DNA of 64,000 bases from Ramazzottius varieornatus (GCA_001949185.1 BDGG01000003.1:3703158-3767157); one strand, 5' to 3'; counted from the first letter of the stretch, positions 38,166-51,310 are shown. The notes: generated by a model not told the origin, from the letters alone. Numbers and translations: made by a program.

Positions 38166-40450
38166 TCACCAAACCGTGGTCGAGCTTTCTTGCTTCGTAT
38201 TGTTCCTGGACATGGTAACTTGAAGGACCAATCCCAGTGGCCAGCCGAACTCCGTACCTTCCACCTGCCCAGAAAGGCCGAAATACGTATCATGGTTGGA
38301 AATTTCATAAGGTCCCCGAAAGGCTACGGCGACGGAAGCTTAACAAGGCTTACATCTTTAAGAAAGCGTATATTCGCAAATGTCGTTTCATTGAAGCCAT
38401 AACCGCTCGTCAGGACGGTGTCGATGTAGATTGCAGTGAAGCAAAATGTTTCCATATAGTTGATGAGCTTCTTCGTAAGGTTTTGTTTTTCGAAGATTTC
38501 CTCCAACTGCGACAAAACACCATTTGTGCATCATAATACACTATGATCGGGCCAGGGCTAAGAATGGCAGAGCGAGAAAGCTCTGATGAATATATAGATT
38601 CTACAACCAAAAGCTACGAGTATTGCACTTACTTTTTCAAAAGGCACGCTGCAGTGCTGTTTGGTCACATTTCGGAACTCGTTCAAGTTGACAGAATGCT
38701 CAGAGGTATTCTTCTTTGCCAAATACTGAAACACCTTAATGACATGGTAGTACCCAGAGAAAGCCTGAAAAAACTACACATTAGAAGGTCTCCACAGGAT
38801 TCGGGGTCGTACGAGAAAGCATCAACTGGCTACCAGTCAACCTTGCCCTTTTCTACGAGGCTGCAGCCGAGCACGGCCTTTCCAGCAACAGCTTGACGAG
38901 GCCGTGCCCGGCATCAACTTGACGGAAAACCAGCAAAATTAACAAAGCGCTTCTTCCGCACGATTTTCCACCACTCGTGTCTAGTGTCCACTCACCAAAA
39001 ACGGTCCTTGGATGACAGGTCGACGTATGCCTTTCAAAGAGCATTCCAAATCAGGATCGGAACACGAGGTCTTCTTCAACAGCCGAAAGACAGCCTCCCT
39101 ACATCCCTGATAGTCTCCACTCCCGACAAGGTACAGTTCCCCTTTCGGCCCTTTGAGAGTCGTGTTGAACTCGCCACTACAATAATGGTGCCCGAACAAG
39201 TGACTATCATTCGTTTCGATCTGACCACCACGGGGGAAACAAGGGTCGATCACGATCGGGAAGTTCTGTTCGGCTATCAGCGTAGCCCGGTATGTCCTCG
39301 CGGCTTCCTTCAGCCCATGACATAAGAAACTCTGGGAGTACAACTGGACATCTTCACCAAAGATGTCAGCTGGAACGTGATACTTTGAGCTGTCGTTGGA
39401 AAACTCGCGGAAAGGGTTGGGTGGTGTGAAAGCGATTTGGGCGGAGGCGCCACCTAGCTGAAGGAATCCATACGGGGTCTTGCTGATGGTCGAGTTTACC
39501 AGCTCGGAGAAGTTGGAGGACTGGAACATGGGGAAGGTCCCCGCCAAGTAGTTTGCCGTTGCCCATCCATAAAAGCCCTCCTCTTCCCCGGAGATAATTC
39601 GAACGTTCTCCGGAACGAGCTGGAAAGTCGAGTAGTTTCTGATGCCGTCCCGGATTGCATCGAGAACGCCGTTAGCCGCTGTCATGTTATCTGACCTGTA
39701 TAGGGCTTAGTCACGAGAAACAGATGTGCTGCTGAATATTATCGACTTATCGTTAAACATAGTTTTCCCCCATGACAAAATTACGATCTGTGTTTAACAT
39801 CGTACAGTACATATTTGGGACGTCGGCAAATGAATTGAACATGATCGTTATGTCAAGTGGCGCACGTCTCCTTTGTTTTTGACTAACAGTGTGCGCCGCT
39901 GGGGAAAACGACATTGCTCAAGTCGTTTGTCGACGACGACCTATAGTTCTCCGTTTCTACATACATTACATACCGAAGCAAGCGTAGACCAGCTGTGCCG
40001 CCAACATGAACTTCGGTAGATGGCGCATGGCTCGTCGGCACATGCTCCATCGCATACGCCAGACATGATTCAAGCTTGCCAGGAATAGCAGAGGAATCAG
40101 CATAGCTGGCGAAGCCCTTCTCTGAAGTGAAAATGTATGGTTTAATTGGTGAAAGAAAATCTTTTTCGGAAATGAAGTTGCTTCTCACTTTCACAATACT
40201 TGTTCGCAATCTGCTCGATCCTTCGCACAAGATGATGGTTCGTCCTTCCATCAGCCTTCTCACGGTCATTCCACTTGTACACGTATAGAGCGGTATGGGT
40301 CGAACCGGCATCCAAGACCACCATGTACTTGGTAGTCCGCGGAGCTCCGTGAATGATCACCCATACGCTGATTCCAGAAACGACCGCCACGGCAAGGATC
40401 ACCGCTAGGAGAGTGCATAGGGCGCACCTTCTATTCTTGTATTCCATCAT
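38166..40450 (-). CDS. Ecto-NTPDase / apyrase (CD39/GDA1 family), single N-terminal anchor
   Basis: N-terminal TM; ACR1 VVLDAGSTHT, ACR2 GTAGLRLL, ACR3 ISGEEEGFYGW, ACR4 QLGGASAQ, AFSGYY, FCF..YI, ACR5 FGWPLG; stop at 38166. Confidence 0.92.
39817..39940. mobile_element. MITE family A copy (NTPDase intron)
   Basis: TGGGACGTCGGCAAATGAATTGAACATGATCGTTATGTCAAGTGGCGCACG..TGTGCGCCGCTGGGGAAAACGA. Confidence 0.75.
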
Positions 40451-41029
40451 TTTCCCTCACACGTTCCTCTTTTTTATTCATACTATAGAAAACATGCAGC
40501 TGGATCAGGACTCGAGATGCAAGGTATTTCCCATAAGGACCACCGTCCTCCTGTGCATGTGGAAACAAGAAAACAGTGTCATCAATCGCTCTAATTGAAA
40601 AGTCTTGTGTATATTTTACACTTACCACGGCATGCTTTCCGGCACTTGAAACATCCGATACGAGCTGCAAGCTCCGTATTGTCAGCATGTTTGGAGGATG
40701 GGTCGCTAAATAATAGACAAGACGTCTAGGACTAGTTTTCTAGCAGTTGTGAACTTTCAAGTATCAAACTGTGCGGATCGTGGTTCTCCCGGGCCTTCGC
40801 TAAAGGACAACTGGAAGTCCTCGAGGTGCGCTGATAGAACTGCCATGCTTGCAGTTTCCCTCACCTTGCAAGGCTAACAAACCGCCCCCACCTAAAAGCA
40901 CAATATTCAACCGTCAAAGGCGGTTGGGGTCCGAGATTCCGTTGGAAGGGAGAATGAGCATAGTATTCATCTGATAGAAACCCCGAAATAAAGTTAGGCT
41001 ACGAAAGAACAAAATGAAACGGGAGCTTA

Positions 41030-41140
41030 GTAAAACGAAAACTCAACAAGACTGCTTTCCGAAGTGACGCACGTTTTTCGTGTTGTTAGCCGGGAGTGTA
41101 CGTCACTTGGACAGACGATCTTGTCTGGTTTGCTTGCCTG
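41030..41140. mobile_element. MITE family A copy
   Basis: AAGTGACGCACG..GTGTACGTCACTTGG..ACGATCTTG. Confidence 0.6.
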
Positions 41141-42613
41141 ATATTTAAATATTGGGATGGTTTTTCACCAGCGACAATATTTTGGTTTGCCTATCCGTGT
41201 TTTTTGAAAGATCAGAAAATCATTGAGTTAACTCACAGATGATCTTCTGTATGACGAGGAGCTGGGAGGAACAACTACTAGTACTGCACCACGTTCGGAG
41301 ACTGCATGTTTGCAGAGTTGGTTCCACTTGCTTCGCACAATTTTCCGATTGAACGGCAAAACCAATTATGCAGTTAGCGTAAAGGCAAACTAAGCAGTTG
41401 AATGACGTTTCTATGATTGCTTTTGGGCCAGTTACTGCTAATCAGGTTAGGGTTAAGGGATGTTAAGAGGTTATCGATGGGCTGGAGGACCGCGTCAGCC
41501 ATCATGGTACAATCGTATGCTGCGTTCAACCCATTGATGCTGACTGCTAACACAGTTCATCCCGGTTCTTCACTTTCTCCTGGCTTCCACCATAACTGAT
41601 CCCAATCGGTCTTTCAGTCTAACCATAGCATGCAAACCTGACCGCGTACTTTCGCCAACTGACACATACAAAGATACGGTGGCCGTTCCATCAGTTCCAC
41701 CAGGAAGAAGATTCAGCCCGAAAAACTTGCACGGCACACGATCCTTGTCAGTTTAATTGGTGACAGCTGCTACCAGTCACAGGCAAGTGTTGGGCATGGC
41801 TGCCTTAACAGGGAATATTCCCTGTACAAGAGTATGTTAATCTCTTCCTGTACGGTCCGCCCCCAAAACGCACTTAACAAGTCCTGGTCGTCACGAGCAC
41901 GCGAGTCCTTTCTTCCTAGTACCAAAATTCAGCTTCGTTCCTCTTCGCTAAAACTGACATCAGAGTGTATTATCGTAAAAAGTTGGGGAGATCATGCACG
42001 CATGGGGGGAAAAATAATATTTGTTTTTGTTGATTGGATGCTTCTGTCGACAGCAATCAAAAAATCCACAGCTTGATGGGAATTAGGATGGCTGATACTG
42101 CCGATTGTGTGTTGTACGGCAAGGACTGATGGCTTTGTTGGCGATTAGCTTCAATTGCTGCAGCGAGGGAAGTGTGACACGTGAATACGACGCACAATGT
42201 GCCTGCTCAAGCTTCTTCCAGCCATTCTACGGAACGACGTGCTGGAATTATCCCCAGCACGTTATCCAGCCCAAGTAGCGGCAAAGATCGCTGTATAAAG
42301 GCGCCTGATACAATGGAGAAATTTGACTCGTCCTACTTTGTCGGCATTGGTAAGTCCTAGCTCGATTGACTAACTCGTCAAGATTTCACTGGTGGGTGAA
42401 AGGAAGAATGAAAAATTGGTCGTCATTGGCAGGAGTGGGGTGCAGTGCGGTGCGTCAAGCTCTTCACCACACTTCCGCAGGATGACGACCGTCCATGGAG
42501 AGCCCGCTCGACATCTCCTTGCTATGCAAAGAGGGTCTTTCGATCACTCACCATCCGAGCTTTTCTTCGCCATCTGCGCGAGACTTCGTTGCACTCTAAC
42601 CTGACAACGAGCC

Positions 42614-45600
42614 ATGAATGTTTCAGGAGACTGGAATATTTCGACGACGGAAAAGCCCCTTGTTCCGCCATTATACGCCGACCTCGCCGGTTATTGGTAA
42701 ATATGATGCCTTTTTATCCAGCTCAATCCGAGAAAGACGTAAATATATTTGGGGAAGATCGCTATATCAAGTGGCGCATGTTCCCGGCTAATGAGACTGC
42801 AAACGTGCGCCAATTCGGCAAACTCCACAGAAACGCTTTCTCAAGTGGTGTACGTTTCCGGTGTTATTGGATGAAAGTGTGCGCCTCAGTGAGAGCGACT
42901 ATCAGAGATTGTTTGTCGGCCCCCATTTTATACTGTATTTATTCTTCTTTCAGGAGTTTTCATATCTACATGTTTTCCTTTGGATATTTTTCCGTGGCCT
43001 TCAGTTGCTTCTTCGCGGGGATCAATATCAAAAGTCAGTTTCCCAATCAGACTCTCATGTTCACCGCCACAGTTTTGAACATCTTCAGCGGACTTACACG
43101 ATCCGTCTTTCTGGTCCTGGTTGCATATAACGCCTATGACCGTTTAGAAATGCTGGGCACACTGTTTTACGCCGTTGGATTCCCGAGCATTACAGCCACG
43201 GTAGCCATGACCATCTTTTCCATCGCTAAACACTGCCTACGGACCGAGCCAAAGTCCTTTATCTGGCTGATTATTTTTATGCATTTCACCGTTTCCCTCG
43301 TTGCGGAATTCATCTCAGTCAACGATACACGGTGGCGTTTGTTGTTGCAAGTTATGTCCGTCATCTTCATGATTTTTCCTTGTGGCCTAGTTTGGCTTCT
43401 GGCCAATATTCAAAACTCCCTAAAGAAGCGGGATCAGCCCTCCGTCAAGCCGGCGCCAACTGCCTCGGAAAACTCCCTTTCTTCAAAGCCCAAGAAGAAA
43501 GCGCCAGCGGAAGTGAAGAAAGTGTCTGGCAGAAAGAAGCTAGATCGTCGGAGATACATGGAAAGTGCCGTGCAAACATCATTTGTTATTCGACGACCCA
43601 GTCCCACGTCCAGAAAGTCCAAGTCGTGCGGCACCATCAACAACGCATCGATTGGAAGTCAGTTGACAATGCCCACATCTTCCGTGGTCTCTATCGACAG
43701 CTTAGAATCCTGGGACCAGTTTTCCTTACAAGGTACTCCACCATACTACGGGTCGCCTGTGTTGCTACCTCGACCGATCAGCCTTCCTTCCGTCGCTACC
43801 GGGCGCAAATTATTCTGGCCAACTCCACGGCTAGGATTCCGCAAGCGTAACTCGAAACCAGCTTCTCCCTCACCATGTACAAACAATGGACCCAACCGGA
43901 AATTAAGAGCACTTAATTGGCGACAGAAAAAGCCCAGCGAAAGTCACAGCGGAAATTCCGGCGAGCGGGAAACAATTTCCGGTGACGACTGCGGCGACTC
44001 GCAGGTTGTCAGCCGCAAAGACTCTACCGGCCCCGGAAATGCTCTTTCATCCAGTGAATCCCACAGATCAGGAGAACATAAACCAGTTAGCATTCAGAAA
44101 TCCAATCCTCCATCAAGCAAGTCGCTCATCTCTCCCAAACTGTGGACCTTTATCCGTGCTCATTATCTGTTGCTCCTGGTTTTTACAACCTACTGCGGAA
44201 TGTACTTGGTGTCGGTCTTCAAGTATTCATTGGACATACAGCAACAAACTTCCGATACAGTTTGGGAGTGGTTCTTATTCCAAAGCGCTATCAGGTAAGA
44301 CACCTTTCAGTTCCTTCTTCCGCACACGCTTTTGCTCGCTTCGCCCAGCGAGATCAAAATCCTAACCTTACCTCAAACTTTACGACGTTACAAAGAGGAA
44401 AACATCCTGTACATAGGTCGATGAGGAAGTTAAGGTCTTGGCGATTTTGCAAGTTGACTTATGCGTCCGCCAAGCGAGTTCTCCGAATAGCGGGAAGCCA
44501 AAGAGAGCGCGTAACGCAAAGCGGGCGAAGCGTGCAGCCATGGAAGTCGAATTTGATCAACGTTGTTCAATTCGATTAACGGAAATCAAGTTGGCAAATC
44601 CCATACTCTTTTGGTTCGTGAGAGCTCCAAGTTGTCTAGCTCTACGTCATTACAAAAAAGCCACTACGCCAAAAACTTCCTCCCTCCATCCCCAGGACTT
44701 AGTCCCAGTTGTACAAAGTAAGACATACGCGCCTTGGTCGATATGTGTATCATAACTGTACAAACAAGGCCCCTCTTTGCTCCTGGCCGAGAATAACTTC
44801 AGCACCAATATTTGCTAAACATTACAAATGCGCCCAGGAGCTTCTTCCCCAAATCGTCTTTTGTGATTACCCATTCTTGCATGCATGTCGAAGTCCCGAG
44901 CAAATTACATAGCTGTGGAATACAGCATTGCACAGCCCAAATTGACCGTGCACAAGGACCTCGCTTTTAATAATGCCCTACAGCACCCAAACAATCCCTT
45001 TGGCGTTGAGAGTCCCTTCTCGTAAAAGAAGACCGTACCGTATCGATTTTCACCACACAATCGCGCGATGGAAGTGCAGAGAAGCGTAAAGCGAGAAAGA
45101 TGGATTCTAATATCAGGTTCGCGCGTCCGCTCTGTCGGCATCCCATTGTTACTTTCTCACTTGTCTCATGGCGTACGTTAGCCTCATTTTAATCTCTCGT
45201 ATCATTTTTACTCGTTTCACAATACATCTTTCGTCAGAGTGTACCGTCGACAAGTACTTCAGTATCGAACCCCGAAGACAAGCTTTTAAGCCTCAGACTT
45301 GACCGGCTTATCGCGTTCAGATTCGCAGAGAAAAAAACCCGAAGAACTTTCGTCCCCAAATACCTCTAAAGTCCTCAAGTGGCGCACTTTCTCATCGTTA
45401 CTGGCTGGAAATGTGCGCCACTTCAGGAAAACATACTGTTCAAGCCGTTCGCCGACGTGCGAATTGCTTTAGAGAATTAATACTTCGCTATTTCCGAATA
45501 TTCTGAAGTATTACCGAACGAAAAGTTTGCGTTGTTTGCGCTAACCTGAATTTAGGCCAATATTTTAATTTGACTTTTCCATATGCGTGCGCATGTGTGG

Positions 45601-45768
45601 ACTCCTCATCAGTCCAAACACTGCCGTGATGGCCTGTATAATCAAGTTGTTGTTGATCCCTATAGGATATTGGAGCTGATGGTTCTCGTTTGTTTGGCTT
45701 GGATAACGTACCACGCCAGCGCTTTGGATAACACGGGTCTTCGCCAGCGGGAACTACTTCCTGTTTGA
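42614..45768 (+). CDS. PRRT3/PRRT4-like multipass membrane protein
   Basis: join(42614..42696,42954..44294,45666..45768). N-glycosylation sequons (NVS, NIS); YWSFHIYMFSFGYF, GLTRSVFLVLVAYN, VGFPSI; long Ser/Lys/Arg-rich loop; WEWFLFQSAIR|ILELMVLVCLAWIT. Family call is by motif recall. Confidence 0.7.
42735..42815. mobile_element. MITE family A copy (PRRT-like intron 1)
   Basis: GATCGCTATATCAAGTGGCGCATG..CGTGCGCCAATT. Confidence 0.6.
45350..45460. mobile_element. MITE family A copy (PRRT-like intron 2)
   Basis: CAAGTGGCGCAC..GGCTGGAAATGTGCGCCACTT..GCCGACGT. Confidence 0.7.
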
Positions 45769-46802
45769 GGCTTCCCATGCCAGAAGCAAGGAAGTGGTAA
45801 CAGCTGGTCCACACGCCCCTTCTAGCACCCGTCTGCCGATGGAGCTCGCGACGAACCCGCCCAGCCGAATGTGGAGCAACGCAATGAATGTCCTAATGCC
45901 AGCAATGATCAATCATTGCCAATCAGTCCGTCTAAATCTGACATCTCAAGTGATGCAACTCCTTGTCGCTGGATGCCTCCTCGCGTCCACGACAAGAGCT
46001 CATATAACCCAAGGGACCCTTCTAGTGTGATTTTTGTGCCTTTCTAAACTTCTCGCGTTGAACGATATTTGCTCGGTGCCGGAGCGTCTTCGCTCTGCAG
46101 CACATCTACGTAAACGGCGGACTTCTGTAATCCAGTGCGCTTCTAAGCGCATTCGCGTGTATACGTACGGTACACATCGGGAGAACGGCTAGTGGGCCTC
46201 ACAGCCAAACCTCACACGAACAAAGCCTCAAAAAACTAATACGTCGATCCAAAACATTTTCCGTACTTTCAGTGGTAGAGAAACTGCGCCCAACCTTGGA
46301 GGAACGGATACAATAACCATGGTCTTGTCATCGAGGTTCGCGCTCGTCAAATATTGACACACCTTGGGTTTGACTGGGCCTTGTACTGTATATTTAGCCG
46401 GCTCACCAGCAGCTTATGGTAATGCGTCGCAGCAGTGTCATGCGGAAACAATAACAGGAAGTTGCTATTTTCACAGCCACACTAAACAGTTACCACCATC
46501 AGGATACTTCAACAGGAAACCAGGAATACTGCCCATTTCATTATTGTGGGTTGGAAGTCATGGTTTGCAAAACAGAAAAACGCTGCTAAAATAAGAAACA
46601 TTTCCTCAGCCGACCCGGTCGTTCATGCTGTAGCAAACGGGGTCTCACTCGGAAGACAGATTTACAGTACCATCGACTTCAGTCCGTTGCGAGAGATTCT
46701 TTATAAAAGATAGTCAGATGAAACGTAGTGTCAAGACCAATTCTAGACTTTACCAAATCCTCGGAGAATTACATCCCAGAATCTACCCCTGAGAATTCTA
46801 CG

Positions 46803-47273
46803 ATGTCCGCCTCTGTCGTTTTTCTCACTGCTGTTTCTGTGATGGGAATATGCTACGCTTCCGCAAATTTCCCAAAATGTAAGTCGGCTTTATGCACGAG
46901 ATGGTTGTTCAAAACGTTCTTCGAATCATACGTTAGTGCAAAATTTGAAATTTCAGGGTTCTTGAACACAAGCTCGGGAAGCCGTTTTCCGCAAATGAGC
47001 TACGTGACATATCCCTTCGCATCGCCAAGTAATGCTTGGTACTATCCAGGAGCCTCGATCTTCAAGAAAGAACCCACTGCGATCGACCTCGGTTCTGATG
47101 CTTCCTCAAACGCCATCATAACCGATGGCGCCATCTATAACTCGAACAGCGCAATAACCACAGTCGGCAAAGACGGGGAGACCTCCAACACGGAAGCCCA
47201 AAGCCTCACACAAACCCAGGGTCTTTTAGGAGGACTCACGTCGGCAGCCATGGCTCGAGCGAACCGGAAGTAA
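46803..47273 (+). CDS. Orphan secreted low-complexity protein
   Basis: join(46803..46878,46957..47273). TATAAAAG at ~46702; signal peptide MSASVVFLTAVSVMGICYASA; phase-1 intron inside a Trp codon. Confidence 0.7.
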   Translation: MSASVVFLTAVSVMGICYASANFPKCKSALCTRWLFKTFFESYVSAKFEISGFLNTSSGSRFPQMSYVTYPFASPSNAWYYPGASIFKKEPTAIDLGSDASSNAIITDGAIYNSNSAITTVGKDGETSNTEAQSLTQTQGLLGGLTSAAMARANRK

Positions 47274-47974
47274 CCACTAGATTTCGCCACAACAGCAGCC
47301 TGACATTATACATCTTTTTCTTAAACTTTTCCGTCCATTATCTTATCCGATTTCAAAGAGATACCTGCATGCTTCTGACAAGCTGTTGTTCAAAATACGC
47401 TTGTCCAACGCCGATTAAGAGACCAATGACGGCCTTGTGTGATGTAAAGTTCCTCGGCAAACTTCCGTGTATGATTCATCCAGCCTTAAGCCGCGTCTCG
47501 GGTTATCGCTTAGACGAAGGAAGGCTTTAGTCATCAAGGAAACGCAAACATAACCACTCGGATTAGATTCTTAATCGAAGTGATCACCCTGATACAAGAC
47601 AGATCAATTCACGTGGCACGCACCCATCTATCCGTTCCAGTATGCGAAATATGAAAAAACAAGGGTAGTCTCGGCAGACCAAGCCCACTCGACCACATAA
47701 AGGACCGGCACCTTGTGATAGTTACGTATCAAACGTGTCATCAACTCCACATATCATGGGACCCAGTTACCTACATACTCTGTTTCCCGTTTCAAGGGCG
47801 AGCCATCATCGCACCATTAACCAACACGACGAATTGTATATAAAACCCATCAATGAGTACCGAGAGATCATTCAACAAGCTTCTCCAAGTTCTCTACTTA
47901 CAACAGCGGACCAACTCCACAGGAAAATCTTTCTGGTATCCGGTACCCAATAGTCTAACACGTTTTTAGCAAAA

Positions 47975-48684
47975 ATGTTTCCGGCTCTCATTACCGCCCT
48001 GTCCGTCCTTGTTGCGGTTGTAACCGCCCAGTTTCCATGTAAGTCCAAGTTCATCAAAGAATGCTTCTGTTAAGTTCGATCAGTTTCAACTGTATTTGAT
48101 CTTGGGCTTATGTTGTTTCTGACTTTCCAGGGGGAGCGCAAAGACCGCCAATGTATAGCAATTTCAATGGCTATCCCATGCAGCCACAGCGCGTACCTCA
48201 GCCTTTCCCTCAAATGCCGCCTATGAATCCACGTCAAGGACCATTTATTCCTGGCCAGTTCCCGCCTAGCCAATACCCAGGAATGCCAGGAAACGGTCAA
48301 GGAGCTCCCTACAACTTTGACTTCGCCGCCAACAACTTCCAGAACCAAAACCGAAACCGCAATAGCTTCCCTAACATGCCCAACATGCCCAGCATGCCCA
48401 ACATGCCCAACATGCCCAACATGCCCAACGTGCCAAACATGCCAAACATCCCAAGCCCGGTCCAACCTGCTCTGCCTAATATTCCTTCAAATTTCCCTTC
48501 ATTCCAAAGTGGGGATAACGTCCCGAATACCTTCCCTGATGGACATGACAACGTGCCAACTACAGCACCACCTCAACAGACCACAGCCGGAAGTCCTCCG
48601 GTTGACCAGTCGATTCCCGAACAACAAGGAGGCAACGTGATGGACAATAACGTCCCAACTGCTCAACTGTCCAGCAAGAACTAA
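47975..48684 (+). CDS. Orphan secreted Pro/Asn/Gln/Met-rich disordered protein with (MPN)n repeat
   Basis: join(47975..48038,48131..48684). TATATAAAA ~47837; signal peptide MFPALITALSVLVAVVTA; Cys-free mature chain. Confidence 0.8.
48370..48450 (+). repeat. 9-bp coding tandem repeat (CCCAACATG), about 9 units
   Basis: Encodes PNMPNMPSMPNMPNMPNMPNVPNMPNI. Confidence 0.95.
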
Positions 48685-49216
48685 ATTTCAGTCTACGAAA
48701 GGCTCGGAAAGCGTTCTGTTGTTATTGTTTGTTAAAGCTTCCTTGCGATATTTACATTGTCAAATTATTTTTAAGGAAAGCGATTTTTTGTATTTTCTGC
48801 CAACAGAGTTTCTACTTCAAAAAATAAAGTAAAGTAATGAAGTTGTCAAGTACACTTGTCAAGGTCTAAGGTTCTGAGGGTTAGGACAGCTGGCTCAGGT
48901 GTCGAGCTAACCTGGGCAAACTGTCAATGCCGTTGAAACCGTCCTCGGTGAATATGACACAACTGTTTGTCGTCATCACACGCACAACGGAGATTTGTCA
49001 ATTCCAAAGTCCGCGTTTTGCTTACACGAGATACCCTTGTCTTATCCATACAATGAGGTAAATTTTATTCAAACAGTTTTGGGCTGACTACAGTCTACAT
49101 CGAACACACTTTCCACAGAAACTGTTTTCGCACAAGCATATGCATGTCACACGCGAACGACAAGTTTCGCTCCAAGGTCTCAGACCGTAAACCACCGTGG
49201 CTTCGATCCACTTACC

Positions 49217-50741
49217 ATGAGTTCTTCTGCGACAAGTCCTCCAGGTTCGCCACCCCCTCCATATCGCGAAGACTCCGGCGCCCGGATTACCTTCTCCCTC
49301 GGCAAAGTTGGCGGTCTCATTTCAGTCGACTTTATCCCTGGCTGCACTCGTGCAGGTGGCTTCGTCCACGGTCCTGAGTTCGAGGGCTTCCCTGTCGTGC
49401 TGCAGCGCGCAAACCAGTGGCTTCAGTCCAGCGGGCATCTCGAAATTCGAACTTGTGAAACTGTCGAATTCAACACGAAGTCTAATGGACAGATAACAAA
49501 CTTGGTGGAATCGATAACCACAGTAGCTGGAGAGACAGCCAACCGATACGTTCGAGCACTACGCTTATGGATGCAACCCCGATCGGATGGCGCAGTCATC
49601 GTCCAGCAGATCGGCTACTACAACATACTTCCATCAGTCAGCGTCGGCTGGGTGAGCGCCAGTGCTTCCGAAAGATTGGATACTTTGATTGCCAAAACGA
49701 ACACGCTCTTCATGACGAACCCTATACAAGGAAGAATCATCACTATCGAGACTGTGACGCTCAAAGTCAAGAACGGAACGACCCAACCGGACGTTACAGC
49801 TTGGACGGAGAGAGGTGGCGTCAATGAGTATTACGCTCATATGCTACGGATATTCTTCGTAATGGGCCCACCTGCCTACGAAACTATCGGGATGGCAGAT
49901 TTTGTACCTGGAGTATTGAATGAGGGTAGTCTGTTCAGTAGGCCAAAGGTGGAGACTTTCCCAGCCGTTCTGGGCAAAGTCAGTTCCTGGTTGATGCAGC
50001 AGCAACCTCTCGGCTTCCGTCTGACCAATGTGCAGACGCTGCTCTACAAGCAAAAATGGACAACCCATATGGATACTCTTAAAATGTTGTATGCGGAAGG
50101 GGAGATCCACAACTACTATGTCAGATACCTTCGTCTCGCTTTCGTCATATCTAACAACGCCGCCATGCAGTCGACCGCACCTAATGTCCGCCTGACTTGC
50201 AAGCTCTTTGTACCGGGAATGCTGCAACCTCCGGGTTGCTGTCACGCGGGATCCTACGAGAACCAACTCCAGGTAAAATAATCTGCCACAGTTAAAACTC
50301 AAATGAAACTAAAGATGCATGGATATTTTCCAGCTACGGCAACGAATGGATGATTGGATGAAAGCGACAGCGGCTAGAATAGTTGCAGTCGAAACCATAC
50401 AAATGAGAGTATTCAGCGGCGCAGAAAACACAGAAGGTTTCGATACTATGCACACGTGGAACCTAGTCACCACTCATGTCCAGCAAGGCGGAAGAGGACA
50501 TGGTCACGGAGGCGGGTTCCACGAGGGGCACCATGGTGGCCACGCCCACGGGCACCATGGTGGCTACGCCCACGGGCACCACCATCACACAACTACCCAT
50601 CACCACAAAGCGTCGGAAAGATATTTGACATTGTACCGAGCTTATCTGGATGGATTTTATAGTGAACCTCCTGGTTTCCCCCAGCTACCCAGCGTGGAGG
50701 AGTATATGCGCGCCAATGCCAGTTCATGTACTATTATGTAG
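49217..50741 (+). CDS. Uncharacterised four-repeat protein with PPxY, His-rich loop and CaaX (copy A, intact, 487 aa)
   Basis: join(49217..50272,50334..50741). Four ~90-aa internal repeats; ends CTIM; homologous to two downstream copies. Confidence 0.88.
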
Positions 50742-51310
50742 GGAGCACTTTCCATGAAAAGACTGAATGATATTTTCTTGGATTTCTTCATTTTTCTATG
50801 ACTTTCGCGGTTGCAAGAAAGAAAGGGCATGAGTGTAGTCGCCGGCCGCCTAAATCCCTAAAGCAAACAGGTTTTTCCTTCGATACTTTCTTCATGCAAA
50901 TGCCTGTGCGTAAAGATTGTGAAAAGTTCATCGGTTCTTTAGCTGAATAATGATGAGCTCGACGCCGTTAACTCGTCAGAAAAAATTCAGCTGTGAGTGA
51001 GGACAGAAGCTCTGACTTGATGAAGAGTTCTCGAGACATTGGTACGAGACGAAGTTTTGGCGGCTGCATACGATCATGGCTGACACAGAAGTGTCAGAAG
51101 ACGAACAGGTGTCCTTGTCAGAAACGTTTCGAGAAACTCCGTGAAAGACACCCAGAAAGCGCCTTCCACGGTCGAGTACACCCGGAACGTGACAACTAGA
51201 TTTCTATCAGAAAAGATCTCGGCTTGAAATCTGATACATTATCTGTCGCGAAGGACCTTTCTTTATATATTCAAAACGTCTTTCTCTTCGTAAAGCGTAG
51301 GAAATGAACT

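Noticed and set aside
41446-41470. GGTTAGGGTTAAGGG telomere-like motif
   Set aside because: Only about two units; too short to support.
42445-44298. 617-aa single ORF as the true protein
   Set aside because: Its N-terminal part reads through 5' sequence and a MITE-containing intron; the spliced model from ATG 42614 fits better.
44418-44755. Possible terminal exon of the PRRT-like gene
   Set aside because: The exon at 45666..45768 supplies the expected final TM (RILELMVLVCLAW) in the right phase; this one does not.
48070-48640. (HVG)n, (GML)n and (CPT)n repeat ORFs, including a metallothionein-like one
   Set aside because: They are alternative-frame shadows of the 9-bp MPN repeat; only the MPN frame links to a signal exon.
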